Source: a virus (taxonomy: Duplodnaviria; Caudoviricetes). From it: a DNA stretch of 31,622 nt. The translations under genes were made by a program, and so were the position numbers. Below, in pieces: positions 27,098 to 31,622 of the stretch. The DNA lies in IMG/VR virus record IMGVR_UViG_3300032322_001896, positions 1-31,622 of that record; one strand, given 5' to 3'. Positions within the stretch are counted from its first letter, which is position 1; each line of letters starts with the position of its first letter. The notes beneath the pieces are model-generated. The model saw only the letters and a program-made list of their open reading frames with translations. It did not search any database and was not told the DNA's origin.

Positions 27098-27765
27098 TTT
27101 AACATTTCACGAAGATATTTTTTCCATACTTTGTGATAGTCACATCGTCTGTACTCTTTAAACCAAGGTCCGCCTTCGGTATAATGTATGGCTTTAGGTT
27201 CACCGTCGTTAGGTTCTTTGTACCAGCCCGCTAACCAATTCCATTCAGGTTGCAATGTTCCTATAAGGTCGTCACTGAGCCACTGGAATCTATGTAGATA
27301 TTGACCTGTTTGTGAATTTACTACTTCTGGATTAATTTGTCTATTTGCAGGATGACCGCAGTTCCACAGAATAGTAGAACTCCAGTTCTTTCTAGGATAT
27401 GGTAACTGTTTACAGCCATCCATTTTTAATCCTTCTTTGGGAGTGTAATCGTGTTTAACTACCATAACAGCGTACTGATCGTCGGCCTGGTCAAACAATT
27501 TTTTCACATCGTCAACAAATACAAAGTCACAGTCTACAAACACAGCCCAACCTTTATAATCGCTGAGATAGGGAACTAAGAATCTTGTAAAAGTAAATTC
27601 TGTAGAACTTAGAGGATCTACTGCTCTTGTATAAATGCCGCTTTCTCTTAATTCTCTTTGTTTAAGAGGAATTACTTCTGCTGCATCTTGATGTTTTTTA
27701 ATACTATATTCGCATACTTGATATGCAATATCTTCTCTAATATCGTAGCCTACAAATACTTTCAT
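27094..27765 (-). CDS. GT8-like GT-A glycosyltransferase
   Basis: VFVGYD.RE, STEFTFTRFLVP, FVDCD, YPRKNWSS, EWNWL, IHYTEGGPW; start placed at the ATGA overlap. Confidence 0.88.
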   Translation of the reverse strand: MKVFVGYDIREDIAYQVCEYSIKKHQDAAEVIPLKQRELRESGIYTRAVDPLSSTEFTFTRFLVPYLSDYKGWAVFVDCDFVFVDDVKKLFDQADDQYAVMVVKHDYTPKEGLKMDGCKQLPYPRKNWSSTILWNCGHPANRQINPEVVNSQTGQYLHRFQWLSDDLIGTLQPEWNWLAGWYKEPNDGEPKAIHYTEGGPWFKEYRRCDYHKVWKKYLREMLK

Positions 27766-28523
27766 TGTCTTTCTATGTCCTCTTCTATACACTCTTTACC
27801 GTATTGTATTTCGATAATTTTTAGAGGATCGTTTGACGGATTACAAAGTTGATGCCATTCTGTTTTCTTTATATGTAAACTCTGATGTTTATGGAATACA
27901 CCGACTAGTTCTTGATCTGTGCTTCTGTTTATGGTATATACTTCTGCTGTTCCTTCTGCAATGAACCAATGTTCTGATCTGTCTTGATGGCGTTGCATAC
28001 TTAGGCACTGGCCCGGATCTACTGTTAATTCTTTAACTTTAACTTCTCGACCATTTTCGTGTAGCACACGATAATACCCCCAGGGTCTTTCTGTCTTAGG
28101 AGCTTTCCATTCTGTTAAAATCCAGCTACTAGAGTTTTTCTTATCTTCGCCACCTACACCAAAAACAAATTTAATGTTAGGATCTACGACATCCATTTCC
28201 GGTATATTGTCTTTAGTTCTATCACCGCCGTTGGCAAATATTAATTCTGCATCCGGATAATGTGCTCTAACCTGTTGAATAAAATGTTTAGCTGATCCGT
28301 CTTCGTCGTCAAAGGTATAAACTTCATCTACCATCGATAGATTGTTTACAATACAAAGACGCTCGTTCCAGGGCATAAATGCTCGACCCTTTTTACGAAT
28401 AAGCCATTCGTCGGAATTGATGCCTACTAGGAGCATGTCTCCTAGTGTTCTTGCTGCTTTGAAGTAGGCGATATGCCCAGAATGTATAGGGTCAAAGCCC
28501 CCTGTGACTAAGACTATTTTCAT
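27762..28523 (-). CDS. HIGH-family cytidylyl/adenylyltransferase fused to a mannose-6-phosphate isomerase-type cupin
   Basis: TGGFDPIHSGH, GINSD, ANGGDR, KNSSS; then RPWG, LSMQRH..RSEHW, IIEIQYG..EEDIER. Confidence 0.92.
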   Translation of the reverse strand: MKIVLVTGGFDPIHSGHIAYFKAARTLGDMLLVGINSDEWLIRKKGRAFMPWNERLCIVNNLSMVDEVYTFDDEDGSAKHFIQQVRAHYPDAELIFANGGDRTKDNIPEMDVVDPNIKFVFGVGGEDKKNSSSWILTEWKAPKTERPWGYYRVLHENGREVKVKELTVDPGQCLSMQRHQDRSEHWFIAEGTAEVYTINRSTDQELVGVFHKHQSLHIKKTEWHQLCNPSNDPLKIIEIQYGKECIEEDIERQ

Positions 28524-28528
28524 AGTCT

Positions 28529-28536
28529 TATTTATA
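28529..28536 (-). promoter_or_regulatory. Exact T4-type late promoter TATAAATA, 5 nt before ATG 28523
   Basis: caTATAAATAagactATG; heads the six-gene glycan operon 28523-23527. Confidence 0.75.
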
Positions 28537-28556
28537 TGGTCAGATTATGAGGATAT

Positions 28557-29012
28557 TTAAAGAGTGGCGTCTTCTAGGCCGGCAGTTCTTAGTTTAACTA
28601 TATTAGAAACCTGCCATTGTTTAATGTCAAGGCCTTTAATAATACCTAGCCATTTATTACGAAGTAGAGCTACTTCGTTGATAATTTTTTCAAAATCAAC
28701 TACATCGGCTTCGCCCTCTACAAACTTTTCACAGTCTCTAGAGGACAAAGCTCGTTGATAGTTTTCAAGATACTTACGAAAATGTTGGCTGCGAAGTCTA
28801 CGCAATTCTATGTTTAAGTATTCTAGAATAGCTTCGATTTCTTGAAGTTGGTTAAATCGAGTTTCTACAATGCCTGGCATAGAGGCTGCTGCTTTTTCTA
28901 TGTTTCCCGCTATGCGAGCATCTGTTTTTGCAGCCAGTAATTCGGCTTCATAATATGCCACGGCATTTGGTATTTCTGAGATATCTTTCGAAACTCGATC
29001 GTACCAATTCAT
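28557..29012 (-). CDS. UvsY-like recombination mediator
   Basis: All-helical 151 aa; C-terminal IIKGLDIKQWQVSNIVKLRTAG resembles UvsY; two genes downstream of uvsX. Confidence 0.7.
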   Translation of the reverse strand: MNWYDRVSKDISEIPNAVAYYEAELLAAKTDARIAGNIEKAAASMPGIVETRFNQLQEIEAILEYLNIELRRLRSQHFRKYLENYQRALSSRDCEKFVEGEADVVDFEKIINEVALLRNKWLGIIKGLDIKQWQVSNIVKLRTAGLEDATL

Positions 29013-29246
29013 TTATTCCTCATCTTCATAATAGTCTTCGTCTTCCTCGATTTCTTCGCCATCAATAGCATATTCAATAGCATCGTCAAGGAAAGGATCT
29101 ATACCTTGTAGCGATTCAAGTACCGAATCTTTAATACCGTAGTCCAACAAAGTATTAACAAAATCAGAAGCCACATTGGCTTTCTGCTTCTCTGGGATAT
29201 GTTCCGATACTACGCTCCACAAATCTGCAATTAGGTCTTCTTTCAT
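29013..29246 (-). CDS. Small very acidic protein (77 aa)
   Basis: About 25 D/E; coupled between uvsX and the uvsY-like gene. Confidence 0.8.
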   Translation of the reverse strand: MKEDLIADLWSVVSEHIPEKQKANVASDFVNTLLDYGIKDSVLESLQGIDPFLDDAIEYAIDGEEIEEDEDYYEDEE

Positions 29247-30322
29247 TCAGCAATCTCCGTTTCAGTTACAACTGTATTAGTTATCCCAGAAACAGATTTT
29301 TCACCATGTTTCGAAATGTCTTCCATTGCTTTATCTAATCCTTGGTTTTCATTTCGTTCCCAGGCCTTGCGGAATTGTTTGATAATTTCGCCATCGCTTG
29401 TAGTGTAGACTAGGCTATTTCCTTCTTTCTTAAGCATCCCTTTGGCTTCAAACAAGTCGACTAGTCCACTATACGGATTCATACCCGTTTCGTAAGGAAT
29501 CTTAACCTGTACACTTTCAAATGGTTTAGCATAACGAGTTTTCATGATCTTGCAGGCAGCACGGATGCCTCGTACTTCTGAAATCTTATTGCCATCGTCA
29601 TCTTCTTTTAATTTCAACTTCTTCATAGCGACAACAATAGAACTTGCATAGATAAAACCTTGACCGCCTGAGATTTTATCATCTGGGTCAAACATATCTT
29701 GACTGGCATATGTGTGATTGGTTGCTACTAAACCAACATTAGCACTACCAAACATATTAACACAATTACGAACCAACGCCGTAAGAGCTTTAGGCTTTCT
29801 ACCCATATCACCTTTGAGATCTCCTGCTTCGAATTGATTGACATCTGTGGGTGTCAACAACATACCTAGCGAATCAATAACAAACAATACTTTAGGTTTG
29901 TCTGCGTCGGGCATGGCTTTGTACTCGCTCATGAACTCGTTGATAGTTTTAGCAACATCGTCAATCATTGCCATGTTGAGTTTGAGCAACTTATCTTCGC
30001 TGGTATCAACACCTAATGCTTTAAGCCAATCCTCGTCTAAAGCATTTTCGCTGTCAATCAAAATAGGATAAATTCCTTGAGATTGTGCCGCCTTAATAAG
30101 ATTACCTGAACAGATATAGCTCTTGCCGGCACCCGATTCACCGGCAAACACAGTGACTTTGCCCAAAGGAACACCCCTGTGGAAATCACCGCTGATTAGA
30201 TAGTTCAAGGCATAGTTACCTGTACTAATCCAATCAGTGGGATCGTTAAAGCCAATACTAAGACCTTCGATATTCTTAGTAATTGACTTTCTAAATTTAG
30301 AAATATCGAATGCCTTTGCCAT
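29243..30322 (-). CDS. uvsX: RecA-family recombinase, UvsX-like
   Basis: ISTGNYALN, Walker A GESGAGKS, IDSENA, VIDSLG, TNH, SGG, YASS, KTR. Confidence 0.93.
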   Translation of the reverse strand: MAKAFDISKFRKSITKNIEGLSIGFNDPTDWISTGNYALNYLISGDFHRGVPLGKVTVFAGESGAGKSYICSGNLIKAAQSQGIYPILIDSENALDEDWLKALGVDTSEDKLLKLNMAMIDDVAKTINEFMSEYKAMPDADKPKVLFVIDSLGMLLTPTDVNQFEAGDLKGDMGRKPKALTALVRNCVNMFGSANVGLVATNHTYASQDMFDPDDKISGGQGFIYASSIVVAMKKLKLKEDDDGNKISEVRGIRAACKIMKTRYAKPFESVQVKIPYETGMNPYSGLVDLFEAKGMLKKEGNSLVYTTSDGEIIKQFRKAWERNENQGLDKAMEDISKHGEKSVSGITNTVVTETEIAE

Positions 30323-30513
30323 TATTGATCTAACTCCATTGAATTGTATTCTTTGATTAGGTCAATCAACTCTGCTTCTGTATTACAAAGAGTTTTAGTG
30401 TTGGTCCAATCTTCTTTCTTATTTCTGCCGCCAATTTCTACCATCCAACCGTTGTCATAGCGATTGATAGTAATTGATTCGTTTACTTTTATTAATTTAG
30501 ATAATTTTGCCAT
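30322..30513 (-). CDS. Hypothetical protein (63 aa)
   Basis: SD AGGAG; TAATG coupling to uvsX. Confidence 0.8.
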   Translation of the reverse strand: MAKLSKLIKVNESITINRYDNGWMVEIGGRNKKEDWTNTKTLCNTEAELIDLIKEYNSMELDQ

Positions 30514-30536
30514 TTTTATTCTCCTGAAGTGAAGAA

Positions 30537-30571
30537 CCCGGACGATGAGAACTATGTCTCAGAGGTCCGGG
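30537..30571 (-). terminator. Bipartite hairpin after the SSB gene (CCCGGAC/GTCCGGG plus TGAGA/TCTCA), followed by UUCUUC
   Basis: Inverted repeats seen directly; weak U-tract suggests a leaky terminator or processing site. Confidence 0.55.
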
Positions 30572-30583
30572 CCATGTTAATTA

Positions 30584-31564
30584 TTACTTTTGACGATTAC
30601 GAATCATGGCAAGAATGTCTTGCGCACGACTAGCATTTTCTGCTGGAGCCGCAGCGGCTGCTGGTGCTGCCTTAGTAGCTGCTGGTGCAGCAGGTTCGTC
30701 GTCGCCTTCTTCATCAACTGGAGCACTTGCACGAGTTGTGGCCTTAGCAACAGGATCACCTGTAGCAGCACTCATGCCTGCTGGTTTGAAGTATTGACCC
30801 CAGCGTTCCATGTCATAGGCTTCACCGTCAACGGAAGCTTCAAACATTTCTTTCATTACTTTGAGCTCAACATCAGTTGGCTTCTTGGGCAAGAAAGCTG
30901 ACAGATCAAACAGACCATGTGTGTCAATAGCTGCTTTTTCTTGATCAGTCAGTGAACGCTCACGACGGCTCCACTTAGAAGTAGAATAGTCTGCAAAACC
31001 GCCTTTGCTGGTTTTAGCAATACGGAAGTCAACACCGCGGAGGTAGTCGGTTGGCAACTCTTCCAACTCAGGATCCATTAGTGCTGAACGGATGATTTGA
31101 TAGATTTGAGGACCAATGATAAATCTACGAATAGGATTATCTGGTGTAGTATCTTCTTTAAGAGGATCTTCAACAACAAAGCCTTGGAAAATATATGAAC
31201 GCTTCTTCCAATACTTACGACCCATTTCTTCTAGATTCTTGTCTTTGAACCATCCACGAACTTCTGATAGAATTGGACATGTTGTACCATCGTTGTACAT
31301 TTCCACGCAGGGAACCTGCACTTGTACTTGACGGCTATCAGTTTCGCCCTTGATTCCTGCAAACGGCAATTTGATCATTGCTCGTTCTACCCAGAAGAAA
31401 GTGTTGTTGGTGTTGCCGTCAGGTAAGAAACGAACTACGGCTTCTTTGCCTTCTTGCATATTCCAATGTGGGTAAATTGCGTTGTCGCCACCGCCGGTGG
31501 AGTTTCCTGAAGATTTAGTTTGTGCTTCTTGAAGTTTAGCACGAATTTCTGCTAGTGTTGCCAT
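30584..31564 (-). CDS. Single-stranded DNA-binding protein, gp32-like
   Basis: VVRFLP, C..CPI, GVDFRI.K..GGFADYSTSKW, Ala-rich linker; SD AAGGAGG; upstream of uvsX. Confidence 0.88.
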   Translation of the reverse strand: MATLAEIRAKLQEAQTKSSGNSTGGGDNAIYPHWNMQEGKEAVVRFLPDGNTNNTFFWVERAMIKLPFAGIKGETDSRQVQVQVPCVEMYNDGTTCPILSEVRGWFKDKNLEEMGRKYWKKRSYIFQGFVVEDPLKEDTTPDNPIRRFIIGPQIYQIIRSALMDPELEELPTDYLRGVDFRIAKTSKGGFADYSTSKWSRRERSLTDQEKAAIDTHGLFDLSAFLPKKPTDVELKVMKEMFEASVDGEAYDMERWGQYFKPAGMSAATGDPVAKATTRASAPVDEEGDDEPAAPAATKAAPAAAAAPAENASRAQDILAMIRNRQK

Positions 31565-31622
31565 TTTATAGCCTCCTTATGCCTTAATGTAAATGACTTT
31601 TTATATGCCTTTCGCATAACAA

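Noticed and set aside
10559-28523. Bacterial O-antigen or capsule locus (cellular or prophage origin)
   Set aside because: Interleaved with T4-type uvsW/uvsX/gp32-like genes and late promoters; no wzx/wzy/kpsMT or housekeeping genes.
30620-30750. GCT/GCA-rich quasi-repeat
   Set aside because: Explained by the Ala/Pro-rich linker codons of the SSB; not a DNA-level repeat.
18463-31331. Remaining nested or antisense ORFs (18463, 18781, 20382, 22842, 25005, 25299, 27658, 28564, 29838, 30590, 30606, 31116)
   Set aside because: Almost entirely overlapped by longer genes, most with clear motifs; typical shadow frames.
1-31622. CRISPR array, tRNA/rRNA, IS or integrase, introns and inteins
   Set aside because: No regularly spaced repeats, cloverleafs or transposase/integrase motifs seen. 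Helicase, primase, UvsW and UvsX are of normal length and uninterrupted.
1-31622. Stop-codon reassignment, as in some large phages
   Set aside because: Genes are full length and tightly packed under code 11; TAA, TGA and TAG (732, 3508) all end genes.

Overview
Segment of a large tailed dsDNA phage distantly related to T4-like viruses; the host cannot be identified from the sequence. It uses the standard genetic code and is densely coded, mostly on the - strand. (1) A T4-type replication/recombination set: gp32-like SSB, UvsX, UvsY, UvsW, gp41-like helicase, gp61-like primase and a probable gp62-like clamp-loader subunit. The only polymerase-like gene is a 192-aa miniature DnaE (family C) core with all three catalytic Asp but no thumb, PHP, beta-binding or OB domains. 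(2) Two glycan-synthesis blocks (about 10.5-17.4 kb and 21.4-28.5 kb) with WecB, a GalE-like epimerase, a cytidylyltransferase-cupin fusion, GT8/GT25/GT32/GT-A enzymes, four methyltransferases and five KpsS/KpsC-like paralogues. (3) Auxiliary genes: three 2OG-Fe(II) oxygenases, a Bax inhibitor-1/YccA protein, a GNAT, DUF2061, and a Pol-beta-fold nucleotidyltransferase with a possible capsid-targeting leader. Many sigma70-type and TAAATA late-type promoters sit 5-6 nt from the ATG, implying leaderless mRNAs. The helicase ends in a bacterial SSB-tail-like motif (EDEDAPF), whereas the phage SSB lacks an acidic tip. All family calls come from motif recognition by eye, not database searches.
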